A DNA stretch of 64,000 bases from an uncultured cyanobacterium (GCA_963766075.1 CAVYAN010000048.1:52266-116265), one strand, 5' to 3'; shown: positions 37,820 to 48,008, counted from the stretch's first letter. Made by a program: numbers and translations. Notes: generated by a model from the letters alone, not told the origin.

Positions 37820-38183
37820 TGAGGTCTTGGACATTGAATGGTTGGACAAAGTGGGTGACCCGCTCACAGTTGCCACAACCATTTGTGGAATTGTGAACGG
37901 TTCGATTTGTGCGAAAGAAATCCTAGAAAAGTCAGAGGGTGTATTCCCAAACCCAATCGACAAGCTATCTATACCTGAACAGAAGTTGTTTGCTATCAAT
38001 GATGTCATCCAAGGTTTTGGGACGGAAGCCGCTTGGCTGGACGACAGCTCAGACTATCCCAGCGCCGAGTATATCGACGTTGGAGATCCCTATGTAGCAA
38101 CCATTCTGTATGACTACCAGACTGACACCTTTCAGGTTACCTGCTTAGCAGATTGGCTTAACCCACAGGAGAAAGCAGCATGA
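37809..38183 (+). CDS. Hypothetical protein
   Basis: Y.DVGDPY.ATILYD motif; operon packing. Confidence 0.65.
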   Translation: MLIDEVLDIEWLDKVGDPLTVATTICGIVNGSICAKEILEKSEGVFPNPIDKLSIPEQKLFAINDVIQGFGTEAAWLDDSSDYPSAEYIDVGDPYVATILYDYQTDTFQVTCLADWLNPQEKAA

Positions 38184-41100
38184 TTAGCGTTGCCAGAGTC
38201 CGCGAGATTGAACAAGTACTAGAAGCAAAAGCGGATGAGTACAAAGGAATAAGTAGGATTACATTCCCAGAGATCTTAAAGTTTGTGCTCCTTAAAGAGG
38301 CAAATATTCTCGATCAGATCGATTTCGATATTGTTGAGGAATTCGTACTTGAAACATTCAACGACTTTCCTGAAGAGTTCATCGCCAAACTCAAGGAGAA
38401 ATACCCCGAAATCCTCGGACTGGAAAAGATTCTGGAAGAAGCCGATCCCAAAGACGTTCGCGCAGAGATCGAAGCCAATTCAACCCTAAACGACGAACTG
38501 GGATTAGTCCCTCAGATGGCTCGAATGCCAGAGGAAGAACTGTTCAAGCTGCTGATCGATTACGGCTTGCTTCCCAGCTTCAACCTCTACGACCTCCAAT
38601 CCAATCGCACCGACAATAAAAACCTTGAAACCCCCACAGAGCAATGCTTAACACCGCCCGCGACCACTGCAAAAACCGTCGCCGGCGACGGTGCAAAACC
38701 GCCAAACCCTCATCCAGAAAGCACCCTGGAAACAGTGCCCATGACAAACGAAGTCGTCAATTACCGTTACCGCGTAGAGGCTGCCCTAACAGCGATCTCT
38801 GCTGTCGTCAGAAACCAGGGCCAAAACTACACAGAAGCGATCGCCCAGTTTGGTGGATGGGGCTCGCTGAGCCGATTGTTCACCGAGCGGCCTGACATGC
38901 CCGAATGGGAGAAACGGGCTTGCGGCACCCTGAAGGGACTCCTAAGCCCACAGGAATACGCTTCTGCACGGAATCTGACCCTTAACAGCTTCTACACCAG
39001 TCCCGAGGTTATCAGGGCGATCTGGGCGTTCGTTTTGTCCACTGGATGGGAAGGTGGCGAAGTGCTTGATCCAGGATGCGGCACCAGGCGGTTTTGGCAG
39101 TACGCCCCAGAAGCGGCACGCCAGATCGCCACTGGCTACACAGGCGTTGAAAAGGACTACACAACCCACCTTATGGGGCTCGCCTTAACCCCTCTGGACG
39201 ACCAAGGAAAGAGTCTCAATGATTTTTCCGAGCATGGCGACTTCCTCACATGGGCCACCGATCTCCAGTATCACCTGGTGATCGGCAACTTCCCTTTTGA
39301 AGATGGCGTAACGGCAGGCGTCCCGGACCTTGGCTTTGGCCTCAAGGTGGCTTTGCATGGCCGCTTCCTGCTGCGTGCACTTAGTCATCTGCGCCCTGGC
39401 GGCTTGCTGGCCGTCATCACCAGTCCGGGCCTGATGGACGGCAGTTCAAAAGCCTACCAAGGGCTCCGAGCCCGTGTAGAAGCTATGGCGGTGTTCCTGG
39501 GGGCTGTGCGGCTCCCAGAACAGACCCACGCCAGTTCTGGTACGGAGTGCACCAGCGACCTAATCATCTTGCGCAAGCGATCGCCCGCTGACAACGCGGA
39601 TAACGAATTCACCGAGGCTAGTGTGCCGTGGCAAAAAGTTTACACATCCCCCAAACTTAATGCCTACTGGAGCGCAAACCCCACCCACCACCTTGGTCAA
39701 TTTGTGCCCAACCGCACCCGTGGCGGGCAGGGGGCGGGCGCAAGATGGACCGGCAGCTATGCCGAACTGATTTCCGCACTCAACCAAGCACTTAAATCAA
39801 TCCAGGAGAACTATATGTCCAGAATCAGAAAGACCCGTGACGACAGCCCAAAGACAGGCTGGCAGCACGTTGAGGTGACCTACAATGCCGAGCAGGATGG
39901 GGTTGAAATTCGCTTCTCAGATGCGATTCCCAAGATGATCAGCGGATTGCTGGGCTGGGCCGGATTCAAATTCCATCGCGACAAGTTCTGGTGGGTGAAG
40001 GTGTCACCAGAGGTTCAGGGTTGGTTGCAGAACTCATTTGAGGAAATCCTCCTGAACGCTGGGTACGAAGATGTCCCAGAAGACGAGCGATCGCTGACCG
40101 CCAAGGGGTTTGCCTCCTGCGAGGAATATTTTGTAATTCCCTCACTTCAGCCGCCAGTCCAAGCGGCTGACCTCCCTCCCTCCGCAGAAGAGCCGCAGAA
40201 AGCTGGCGGAATAGAACCTTGGGCCTTCAGCTCAGAGGGGGCGAAGCTACTGCGACAAACCTTTGAGAAACGCGAGTGTGTCGAGCCAGTAGTAGAAATC
40301 CCAGCACACCCTACCCCTGGATCGACCCTGCGTCAGGTTGAGCCGTATTTCGTCAGATCGCAGTTTTTTGGCGCTTACAAGCGCTCAAAGATTGAAGAGT
40401 ATGAGCGGGATCTGGTAGTAGCACTGAACAACGATCCGGCATCCATAAGGCACGAGTTGCTCAGAATCACCTACGAACTTTTGCTGCCGACTGAAGAAGA
40501 ATATCTAGCGTTCACTCAGGCGCTAACGCAAACCCGCGACTGGATGTTTCACATGGGTGGATCATCCTCCCTGCACGAGACTGATTATCCAAACTTGAGC
40601 CCTGAAGAGGAACAGGAATGGCGGAAATACCGATTTGGCGATAACTGCCTTATGGTCCGCGCACCGCAAGACATTCCGCGCCACATGGATTTTGTGGTCA
40701 ACCCCGAGGGGAACACTTACGCCAAATACGTGTACACCAGTCCCATTCCGGTCGAAGCTCCTACAAAGGAAACCTACCAATCGATTCTCCATGGCCCGAC
40801 CGAGGAAGAATGGATAGCGAAACAAACCGCTCAGGCTCAAGCCCAGGAGCCCGAGCCTGAAACACCGCCCGTCACTGGATTCGACCTTGACGACTTTTTC
40901 TCAGACATCATGGGCCTGGTCGCTGACGCAACTCCCCCTGAGCCCTGGATGAAAGATGCCGTGCAAGCACAGCTTGAGGAATTGGCGAAGCGCCCGCGCA
41001 TTCCCTCGTTTCGAGCAACCCTGACAACAAAATGGATACCTTTGCTGAACTTCCTGAACCTGGGAAGTTTGTTGGGAATGCTCACGATGGGACAAAAGCT

Positions 41101-41254
41101 TGCTGAACTAAAGCGACAATCCCCCGATATTCCTGGCCTCGATCCCTTGTCCAAAGAGATGCTTGAGATGCTAGCGCGGCTCAACATCTTCCCCGAACAG
41201 GGAGGGGCGATCTCAAAACCCGCAGGACAGGGAGGGGCGATCGCAAAAAAGTAA
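38180..41254 (+). CDS. Multidomain protein containing a DarB-type adenine methyltransferase domain
   Basis: FGGWG, L..LLSPQEYASAR..TLNSFYTSPEVI, VLDPGCGT, VIGNFPF, LRPGGLLA.ITS, FLGAVRLP, SDLIIL.KR. Confidence 0.8.
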   Translation: MISVARVREIEQVLEAKADEYKGISRITFPEILKFVLLKEANILDQIDFDIVEEFVLETFNDFPEEFIAKLKEKYPEILGLEKILEEADPKDVRAEIEANSTLNDELGLVPQMARMPEEELFKLLIDYGLLPSFNLYDLQSNRTDNKNLETPTEQCLTPPATTAKTVAGDGAKPPNPHPESTLETVPMTNEVVNYRYRVEAALTAISAVVRNQGQNYTEAIAQFGGWGSLSRLFTERPDMPEWEKRACGTLKGLLSPQEYASARNLTLNSFYTSPEVIRAIWAFVLSTGWEGGEVLDPGCGTRRFWQYAPEAARQIATGYTGVEKDYTTHLMGLALTPLDDQGKSLNDFSEHGDFLTWATDLQYHLVIGNFPFEDGVTAGVPDLGFGLKVALHGRFLLRALSHLRPGGLLAVITSPGLMDGSSKAYQGLRARVEAMAVFLGAVRLPEQTHASSGTECTSDLIILRKRSPADNADNEFTEASVPWQKVYTSPKLNAYWSANPTHHLGQFVPNRTRGGQGAGARWTGSYAELISALNQALKSIQENYMSRIRKTRDDSPKTGWQHVEVTYNAEQDGVEIRFSDAIPKMISGLLGWAGFKFHRDKFWWVKVSPEVQGWLQNSFEEILLNAGYEDVPEDERSLTAKGFASCEEYFVIPSLQPPVQAADLPPSAEEPQKAGGIEPWAFSSEGAKLLRQTFEKRECVEPVVEIPAHPTPGSTLRQVEPYFVRSQFFGAYKRSKIEEYERDLVVALNNDPASIRHELLRITYELLLPTEEEYLAFTQALTQTRDWMFHMGGSSSLHETDYPNLSPEEEQEWRKYRFGDNCLMVRAPQDIPRHMDFVVNPEGNTYAKYVYTSPIPVEAPTKETYQSILHGPTEEEWIAKQTAQAQAQEPEPETPPVTGFDLDDFFSDIMGLVADATPPEPWMKDAVQAQLEELAKRPRIPSFRATLTTKWIPLLNFLNLGSLLGMLTMGQKLAELKRQSPDIPGLDPLSKEMLEMLARLNIFPEQGGAISKPAGQGGAIAKK

Positions 41255-41445
41255 CCCCGCCGCGCCAGCCACAACAGGAGGTAACCCCTCCCGCAAGCCG
41301 CAAAAGGATTGCCAAGAAAGTTTCTCTAGAGGGTGGACAGCAAAAACAGAAGTCACCCTCTAGAGAAAAGGCCAGAAAGCAGCGTGGCGGCGCGGCGACA
41401 AAGGCTCCAACACTAGGAGATGACGCTCCTGTCTTCCTCCGAGTC

Positions 41446-42078
41446 ATGGAGTTGGTAGACACAAAATCCTACCCTGGATGCTTAGCCGTCCATGAGGGCA
41501 GGCTCGGCCTATCGTTCTATGGGTTGACCATGCCCATTGAGCTGCGGATCGGAGAGAAAACAATCACTTGCGATCGCCGCACCTTCCAGCCGCTAATCGC
41601 CTCTCCGGAGCGGATTGCCGCAACGGAGAGGCTCCTCATCATCTGGGGGCGCTGGCAACAGGTGATTCAACACGATTCAGCAAATCAGGTTGAGTCGGTC
41701 GGGCTTCGCGGCGCTTTGAACAGAGCCTATGACGACTTTGTTCAGGAGTATGGCCCTCTGGTGGAAAATCAGGCGCTACTGCGGTTTCAAAAAGTGCAGG
41801 ATCCACGGCTCGGCCTGCTTCTGGCTCTAGAGACAAAGGATGGTGAAAAAGCTGAGATTTTTTACAAGCGCGTTCACCATCCGCCGCCACGGCTCGGCGA
41901 ACAAATTTACTTCGATGCCGACATTCGCGATCGCTTATCTCAGGCATTTCCTAGGGTTTTAAGTGAGCGTGGTTCAATCGAAATCGATGAGATTGCCGCC
42001 GCGTGTGGGATTGACGCCGAAACCGCAGAGGACGAACTGGTTCAAATGGGCCTAGTCGTGCGGGAACCGCTTGTTTGA
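41446..42078 (+). CDS. Middle segment of a DarB-like methylase/helicase (frame open from 41167)
   Basis: LRGALNRAYDDFVQEYGPL...LLLALE....KAEIF.KR...L.ERG.I.I..IA...G. Confidence 0.7.
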   Translation: MELVDTKSYPGCLAVHEGRLGLSFYGLTMPIELRIGEKTITCDRRTFQPLIASPERIAATERLLIIWGRWQQVIQHDSANQVESVGLRGALNRAYDDFVQEYGPLVENQALLRFQKVQDPRLGLLLALETKDGEKAEIFYKRVHHPPPRLGEQIYFDADIRDRLSQAFPRVLSERGSIEIDEIAAACGIDAETAEDELVQMGLVVREPLV

Positions 42079-42176
42079 TTTGTTCAAATGTCCGTACACT
42101 TTCTGCCTGAATCCCATTGACAGGCTTTAGGTAGAAAGATAAATTCAAGTCAGTTCAACCAAGGAGAAGGAGACAG

Positions 42177-42821
42177 ATGGATTTTTCAAGTCTGACCAAT
42201 GACCAACTGTTGGAATTAATTAGAGCTGCGATGGCCGAAGCAGTCAGTCGCGGCATGAAGCGGATTGCGGAACAGTTCTACGAGGATGCCAAAGCAGAGG
42301 CCCAGGCGCAGGTGGAATTGGAAATGAGAGCGGCCAAGGCTGCCGCCGAGGCTGAGGCGGCTCAAGCCAAACGAGAGACTGAGCGGAAAATCAAACAACA
42401 GAAAACGGCACTGCAACAAAACAGCGGACTTTGGGCTTCCAAAGCCTCAGTGCTGAAAGCATTGAAGGCATATTCAGCTTTCAAAGAAGATGAGGAGCTG
42501 TTCCTGAACATCTGGCAGCGCGGCGGCGATGGTGAGGTGCGCGTTTACCTGAAAGGGCCGGAAGTGGGCCGCCGAAGCCACAAGTGGGAGATAGTTTTTT
42601 ACTACACTGGCAATAAGTATCATCCACCCCTCTCGGTTGAAGGCGTGGATGATGAGCTTATTCCGGCGCTAACCGAGTTCTTCAAAGTCTTGTGCAGCAC
42701 ATGGACACCTGGCCTAGACGTGAAATACAGCGCCGTCAAGGGAATCGAGCCACACCCAGAGAAGCTGAACAAATACCGCAAAGCTCTTGGACTGCCCGCA
42801 CTGGAGGCCGTAAATGTCTAA
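42177..42821 (+). CDS. Hypothetical protein with coiled coil
   Basis: AGGAG RBS. Confidence 0.7.
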   Translation: MDFSSLTNDQLLELIRAAMAEAVSRGMKRIAEQFYEDAKAEAQAQVELEMRAAKAAAEAEAAQAKRETERKIKQQKTALQQNSGLWASKASVLKALKAYSAFKEDEELFLNIWQRGGDGEVRVYLKGPEVGRRSHKWEIVFYYTGNKYHPPLSVEGVDDELIPALTEFFKVLCSTWTPGLDVKYSAVKGIEPHPEKLNKYRKALGLPALEAVNV

Positions 42822-43386
42822 TTTGACGACTCCATTTTCGGCAATCATTGCCGCCGCCGCAAAGACGCAGCCCAGCCCAGAAGTCAAGAGGAAGGTCACC
42901 CGCTTGAACACGGTGGGCCACACAAAAGTCCTGCTTCTAGACTGCTCCGACAGCATGGGCGGTTATGTCAACAGTGGGCGAAAAATCGACATCCTTAGAG
43001 GTGCGATTGGAGCGCTCACGCTGGATGAATGGCGGATTTACGCCTTCAATAGCGCAACACAATTAATCCTGCCGAATCAGATCCCAGAGCCGTGGGGCGG
43101 GACAGATTTGGGTGAGGCATTGCGGTTTATTTCCGCCGAGGATACCGTGGAAACGCTCGTTGTCAGCGACGGGGCACCCGACAGCGAGGATGACGCGCTG
43201 TCGGCGGCGGGGTTGGTGAAAGGAGTTATTTCAACCCTCTTTATAGGGAATGACTCCGATCACAGGGCTAAGGATTTTCTGCGGCGGCTGGCTTCGGCAG
43301 GCTGCGGGAAATGCTACAGCCAGACCCTAGACGCAGGGTCACTAATCTTGGCTCAGGCTATCAAGTTTTTAGGCCCAGGAAAGTGA
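42814..43386 (+). CDS. von Willebrand factor A domain protein
   Basis: MIDAS motif LLDCSDSM, GGTDL, VVSDG. Confidence 0.85.
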   Translation: MSNLTTPFSAIIAAAAKTQPSPEVKRKVTRLNTVGHTKVLLLDCSDSMGGYVNSGRKIDILRGAIGALTLDEWRIYAFNSATQLILPNQIPEPWGGTDLGEALRFISAEDTVETLVVSDGAPDSEDDALSAAGLVKGVISTLFIGNDSDHRAKDFLRRLASAGCGKCYSQTLDAGSLILAQAIKFLGPGK

Positions 43387-43387
43387 T

Positions 43388-43693
43388 ATGGCGGAAATCA
43401 ACGCTGATATTCTGCGAGCCGCCCTTGAGGATGGCTATTTCGAGCGCCCCCTCAGCGATCGCGAGCGGCTTTATCTCACGCCGTCAATCCTGACGGCGTG
43501 GGCCTTTATTGAAGCCGTTCGAGCCTCTGACGTGGGGATGACCACCAGGGGATTGGAGAGTGCCCTCGGGATCAATATCAACACGGTTAGGGTTTACGGG
43601 CGCTGGCTGCGTGAGCACAGGCTGGTTGATTGCGAAACAGCGATCGGATCAGAGGGGAGCCAATTGGTCTACAAGCCGAAGGGGGTACCGTGA
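43388..43693 (+). CDS. Winged-HTH protein
   Basis: MTTRGLESALGININTVRVYGRWL....LV. Confidence 0.6.
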   Translation: MAEINADILRAALEDGYFERPLSDRERLYLTPSILTAWAFIEAVRASDVGMTTRGLESALGININTVRVYGRWLREHRLVDCETAIGSEGSQLVYKPKGVP

Positions 43694-43938
43694 GCAAGAT
43701 GCTGCAACGGATAGCCCGCAATGCCGCTCAGTTGCCGCAGGAGGATCGGCTGATGCTGTTGGCAATCTTCATCCTGCACGCTCGCACCAAGAGCGGAAAA
43801 TCCCTGCTTGAGATTGCGTCGGATTATTTTCCACGCGGGATCAGTTTTGACTTTTACAGCGCCTTGAGTTCGCTGCCTGATGCCCCCAATCTAACGGTGG
43901 CGACTGTTAAGGAAATTGCTGCAACGCTAAACCAATAA
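43690..43938 (+). CDS. Hypothetical protein
   Basis: GTGA coupling. Confidence 0.5.
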   Translation: MSKMLQRIARNAAQLPQEDRLMLLAIFILHARTKSGKSLLEIASDYFPRGISFDFYSALSSLPDAPNLTVATVKEIAATLNQ

Positions 43939-43949
43939 CGAGGCATCCG

Positions 43950-44174
43950 ATGACAACTCAAGCCAAGGTTCTTCAAGCAATAGAAAAGACTGGTTCATAC
44001 TCAGCCAGACTCTATAAGCTCGATTGTCAAGCTGGAGTTTGCGTAAAGGGAATTAGGGAGGTCGCTCCGGCTGAAAGGCTGGTTGAGAAAGGTGTTTTAA
44101 TCCTCAAACGAGAGACTGAGGAGTTATGCATTGGGGGCAAAATCATTCACTTTACTTGGGTAAAAGCCAACTGA
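43950..44174 (+). CDS. Hypothetical protein
   Basis: GAGG RBS. Confidence 0.5.
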   Translation: MTTQAKVLQAIEKTGSYSARLYKLDCQAGVCVKGIREVAPAERLVEKGVLILKRETEELCIGGKIIHFTWVKAN

Positions 44175-44179
44175 GAACC

Positions 44180-44602
44180 ATGAAACAACCCTGTTCTAAC
44201 TGCCCGTTTCGATCAGATAGGCACTTCCCCCTAACCTCCGACACATTGGACGGGATTGTTGAAACCCTAACCCACGATCGGGCATTTCGATGCCACCAGA
44301 CAGTTGATTATTCCGGCGATGACGGAGAGGGCGTTTGGACAGACTCCACACAAATCTGTGTGGGATCAGTGCTCTTCTTGGTAGAGGCGTCGAATTCCGG
44401 CCCAATGGGGAACCTAAGCTATCGGCTAGCTGTGATGGCGGGGACTCTGCCACCCGTTGAAGAACTTAGCCGAGATGTTCCCGTGTACAAATCAATCGCA
44501 GAAATGAGGAAAGGAACCCATGACAGAATACGAAACACTCGCAATAGCGGCAATGGCCGAACAAAATCGGCTACTTGCAGAACAAAACCAGTTGATGGCT
44601 GA
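44180..44602 (+). CDS. Cys-rich phage protein (PCxxCPFR...FxCH...CxG)
   Basis: MKQPCSNCPFRSD...FRCHQT...ICVG. Confidence 0.65.
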   Translation: MKQPCSNCPFRSDRHFPLTSDTLDGIVETLTHDRAFRCHQTVDYSGDDGEGVWTDSTQICVGSVLFLVEASNSGPMGNLSYRLAVMAGTLPPVEELSRDVPVYKSIAEMRKGTHDRIRNTRNSGNGRTKSATCRTKPVDG

Positions 44603-44978
44603 ACAAAACCAGTTGATCGGGCAGCGCACTGCCTTGATGAACCGAATTGGGTTGACACTGGGGCAGACGAACAAGCAGCTTTCGCAGTTGAATGCGATCG
44701 CGGGGTTTATGGCCCTAGCTTTCGCCAATAAAACGGTCTGCCGTTTTATTGAACCATTGTCAAAGTACAGAAACTTCAATTGGGAAGCTTTGGGAGCAGA
44801 GATTGAAGCGTCTGACGATAGCGGACCCACCGCTGTTCGATGGTCGGGAGCAGTCTATACGCGCAAGACTTACCCGAGGAATGGTAAAGATATATGGTTC
44901 TCGCGGCTAATTGGCACACCGGCAGGAGGAGACAAATCAATCTACGAGATTTTGATAAAGTTCTCCCCCCCCTCGTGA
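44520..44978 (+). CDS. Putative DdrB-like ssDNA-binding protein
   Basis: Y.NFNWEALGAEI..SD..GPT.V.W.G..YTR......IWFSR..G......YE.LI.F pattern of cyanobacterial proteins so annotated. Confidence 0.5.
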   Translation: MTEYETLAIAAMAEQNRLLAEQNQLMAEQNQLIGQRTALMNRIGLTLGQTNKQLSQLNAIAGFMALAFANKTVCRFIEPLSKYRNFNWEALGAEIEASDDSGPTAVRWSGAVYTRKTYPRNGKDIWFSRLIGTPAGGDKSIYEILIKFSPPS

Positions 44979-45033
44979 AGAGGTAGAGCAGTTGCCTGCC
45001 AGTATCTCGCAGGCGGCGGGTCTGAAGTAAGCG

Positions 45034-45299
45034 ATTCTCAAATTAAGTGTCGCAAAGTCAGCGAATTCTCACATTAGGTGTCGCTAAACCTGCAATTCTC
45101 ACATTAGATGTCGCTGAATCGGAAAATTCTCAAATTAAGTGTCGTCGAGCTGAAAAATTATCACATTAGATGTCGCAAAGTCAGAGAATTCTCAAATTAA
45201 GTGTCGCAAAGTTGGGAAATTATCACATTAGATGTCGCTAAGCCTACGATTCTCAGATTAAGTGTCGCTGAATCAAGTGATTCTCACATTAGATGTCGC
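45034..45299 (+). repeat. Nine iteron-like direct repeats, 30-31-bp period
   Basis: Core ATT(C/A)TCA(A/C/G)ATTA(AG/GA/GG)TGTCG(C) at 45034,45065,45095,45126,45157,45188,45219,45249,45280. Confidence 0.9.
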
Positions 45300-45326
45300 T
45301 GAGTCAGGCAATCGCTAGGAGGGCTA

Positions 45327-46172
45327 ATGACTTTCAAGGATGTCCAGAAATTCGTGGAAGCTCACTATTCCAGCGAGCTGGCTGCTGTCCGAAATGCGAT
45401 GGCGTACAAAATCCCAAAAACCCACACTCGGTGGGAAACCCTAAGCGCACTTATCGCCTGTGCGTTGCTCCCAGTGGGCGATGGCGCTCCCCCTGATGAG
45501 GGATCTAGGCTCCATATTTATTTTTGGCATCGCTGGTATGAGAGTCGCTTTCCGATGTACTGCCTCAGCACCAATCTGTTGCGGCAGTTTGAGGCGGCGG
45601 ATACAGCGGGCCTATCGCATTTGATAACGCCCGAGTGGACGCCACCGACCTCTTTATTTTTGCTGCTGCTGCCCCAGAACGCGGTTACATCCCCTGCGGG
45701 CAACCATTGCCCCTATATCTTGGTTGGCTGCTGCCATCCTCGGATCGAGTCCATTATCAAGGGAGAATTTGAGATTCAACTCTCCATTGCCACGTCCGAC
45801 GATGCGGAAGTTACTTGGGTCAGAGGGCGCGGCATCCAAAATGGGCAAATCATAGCCGAGCGGAAAAACCTCGGGAGCAGCGCCGTGGAACAGTCTGAGC
45901 TTATCTGGCTGGACACCCTATTCAATATTGCCTTGCAAGCAATCCTGGCCCTCAGCTTTCTGCCGGAGCTTGTAGAAGCGCCGCAGTCTGAACGGTCAGG
46001 TAAATCCACCATCTTGCAGCCTGGGTGGATTGGGCGAGACTACGACAATCAGTCGAACACCACAGAGCTGCTGCTCAGGAATAGGAAGATTCACCTGTTC
46101 TGGGGCAGCGGGGCTGTGGGTAAGTCTGTGGCCATGGCTGAATCAATTCAACAAAACATAGGAGATACGTGA
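45327..46172 (+). CDS. Hypothetical protein, paralogue of 8156-9133
   Basis: AGGAGG RBS; shared motifs; lacks the basic tail. Confidence 0.7.
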   Translation: MTFKDVQKFVEAHYSSELAAVRNAMAYKIPKTHTRWETLSALIACALLPVGDGAPPDEGSRLHIYFWHRWYESRFPMYCLSTNLLRQFEAADTAGLSHLITPEWTPPTSLFLLLLPQNAVTSPAGNHCPYILVGCCHPRIESIIKGEFEIQLSIATSDDAEVTWVRGRGIQNGQIIAERKNLGSSAVEQSELIWLDTLFNIALQAILALSFLPELVEAPQSERSGKSTILQPGWIGRDYDNQSNTTELLLRNRKIHLFWGSGAVGKSVAMAESIQQNIGDT

Positions 46173-47002
46173 GCATGGACATTGAACAGAACTATTACAC
46201 CCCGCCAAGTCCTCCAACCCACACCGATGTAACTACTTTTGCGAGTAGTTACGGTAAGGAGTTGGCGATCGCTAAATTTGCCTGCAAGTTTTTTGAGCAA
46301 TTAGAGGCTGTCTATCGACTAAATAAATCGATTAGAGAGTTGCAGGCCGCAATCACGACACTGAGCGAACTGGGTTACGAAGCCGTTCTATCCGGCTATG
46401 CAGTTAACGCCAGTCTTGTCGGACTTCAACGCTTGCGGGGTGATCATGAGCGCCACTTGAGCCGACTTGAGAACTGCTTTTTCCTAGCACTGGATTCAGT
46501 CGGACCATGCCACCTAAAAATAACGTCTTCGCCATGGGACGCACGCATCATTTCTGGTTGGAGCGAAACCTCCAAAGAGTACATGCAGGATCGGTACGGC
46601 ATCCTTTGGGACCGCTGCGAACACTGGCTAGCCGTCAGTGGGGATTCAAATGAGGTTGTCTGCGAGGACAATCCTGAAACCTCTATTCTGGTGCCGTTTT
46701 ACGGTGGCACGGATGTGATGCCATTAGAAATGTGGCGATCGCTCTGGCAGTTCATTCAGGACTGTAAAGTGACAAACTGGAAGGAAAAACTTCAGGAAGG
46801 CTGGGAAAAAGCCTCCTTTTCTGGGAACCTGCAAGCGATCCGCAATCGCCCAGGATGTGGGCCTACGTGGCTGTCGAACCTAACGGAGAGCCAAATCAAG
46901 CTTTCAATTCGATTGCTGGAACACGAAGCAGGCGAAGATTTGCCAGTGATCGACTGGCCTGAGCCAGCCTGCTCCCCAACTCGTGATGAACTAGAAGGCT
47001 AA
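46169..47002 (+). CDS. Hypothetical protein
   Basis: CATAGGAG RBS. Confidence 0.65.
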   Translation: MSMDIEQNYYTPPSPPTHTDVTTFASSYGKELAIAKFACKFFEQLEAVYRLNKSIRELQAAITTLSELGYEAVLSGYAVNASLVGLQRLRGDHERHLSRLENCFFLALDSVGPCHLKITSSPWDARIISGWSETSKEYMQDRYGILWDRCEHWLAVSGDSNEVVCEDNPETSILVPFYGGTDVMPLEMWRSLWQFIQDCKVTNWKEKLQEGWEKASFSGNLQAIRNRPGCGPTWLSNLTESQIKLSIRLLEHEAGEDLPVIDWPEPACSPTRDELEG

Positions 47003-47113
47003 TTTACTTCAACCCGCCGCCAGATTGGCAGTGGGTTGAACATCTCGTCAAATCCCCTTTCAGGGATTGCGCCACACCTTAGTAAATGCCTCGGCGCAGA
47101 GCAGGAAAAAAGA

Positions 47114-47578
47114 ATGAAAACCAAAGCTAAAAGCCAGAAAGCAACATTTTGGCAATACACCGGCAATCATGTGGACGGGAAAGATCACAGTCGTGTGAAT
47201 GAATACGGCTACCCTTTGTGCCTGATTCAATACCTGAACTTCCACGGGGGGGAGGGTGTAACAAGCCAAAGCGAAGCTTCAAATGAATACGGGAGGACCG
47301 TCACCGTCAGCGCACCCCAGGATGCTTGGGAGGATGCGTGGATTAAGCTTGCATACGAGCGGGGCAGCGTATTCAGTTTTGACAATATTGAAGAAAACGA
47401 AGATGGCTTGTGGTGGGGGACGCTCTATTTGAGCGATCGCGATCAGCTCACAGAACTGTTCCACAAATGTTCCGATGAGACGACGTTGGAATTCATTCAA
47501 CGCGGCTACGTGCCCATTGCAACTCACGATGATGAGCAGCTCTGGGTGAAAGACGACGAAATCGCTAAAGGTTCGTGA
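47114..47578 (+). CDS. Hypothetical protein
   Basis: AGGA RBS before ATG at 47114. Confidence 0.6.
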   Translation: MKTKAKSQKATFWQYTGNHVDGKDHSRVNEYGYPLCLIQYLNFHGGEGVTSQSEASNEYGRTVTVSAPQDAWEDAWIKLAYERGSVFSFDNIEENEDGLWWGTLYLSDRDQLTELFHKCSDETTLEFIQRGYVPIATHDDEQLWVKDDEIAKGS

Positions 47579-47588
47579 GGGAATTTAC

Positions 47589-48008
47589 ATGAAAACAATC
47601 ACTTTGCAGCAAGCGCAAGACATCGTTAACGATCCAGAAGCCGTCAAACGGGGCTACATAACACCCCAAACATTACTGGACGCCGAAGAATTGGCAAAGG
47701 AAATAATCTCACTGCCAACATTCTGCAAGCTGGGATTTTTGCATCAGCAAATAGGCCGCCCCGATGATTGGTGGCGTGCCAATAGCAGTGTGTACTGTCG
47801 GCTAAGCAGCGAGCCGCTCTACCAGAGAGCCAGGAATTTTTCACATCTCCTGCTGATAGCTGACCATCTGACTTCAGACGCTCGCATAGAGACTTTAGAA
47901 AGTCGATTGGCCGCCCTCAAGACAATGCGGAAGGCTTTAAGCGCTTCAGAATTTGCTGAATTTGAGGAAGAATTCAGAGCTATTTCAGGGCTTCTAGCCG
48001 TGCTTTAG
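47589..48008 (+). CDS. Hypothetical protein
   Basis: GAGG RBS. Confidence 0.6.
   Translation: MKTITLQQAQDIVNDPEAVKRGYITPQTLLDAEELAKEIISLPTFCKLGFLHQQIGRPDDWWRANSSVYCRLSSEPLYQRARNFSHLLLIADHLTSDARIETLESRLAALKTMRKALSASEFAEFEEEFRAISGLLAVL

Noticed and set aside
45034..45299. 31-bp repeats as a CRISPR array
   Set aside because: Linkers are only 10-11 nt and partly conserved; no hairpin and no adjacent cas genes
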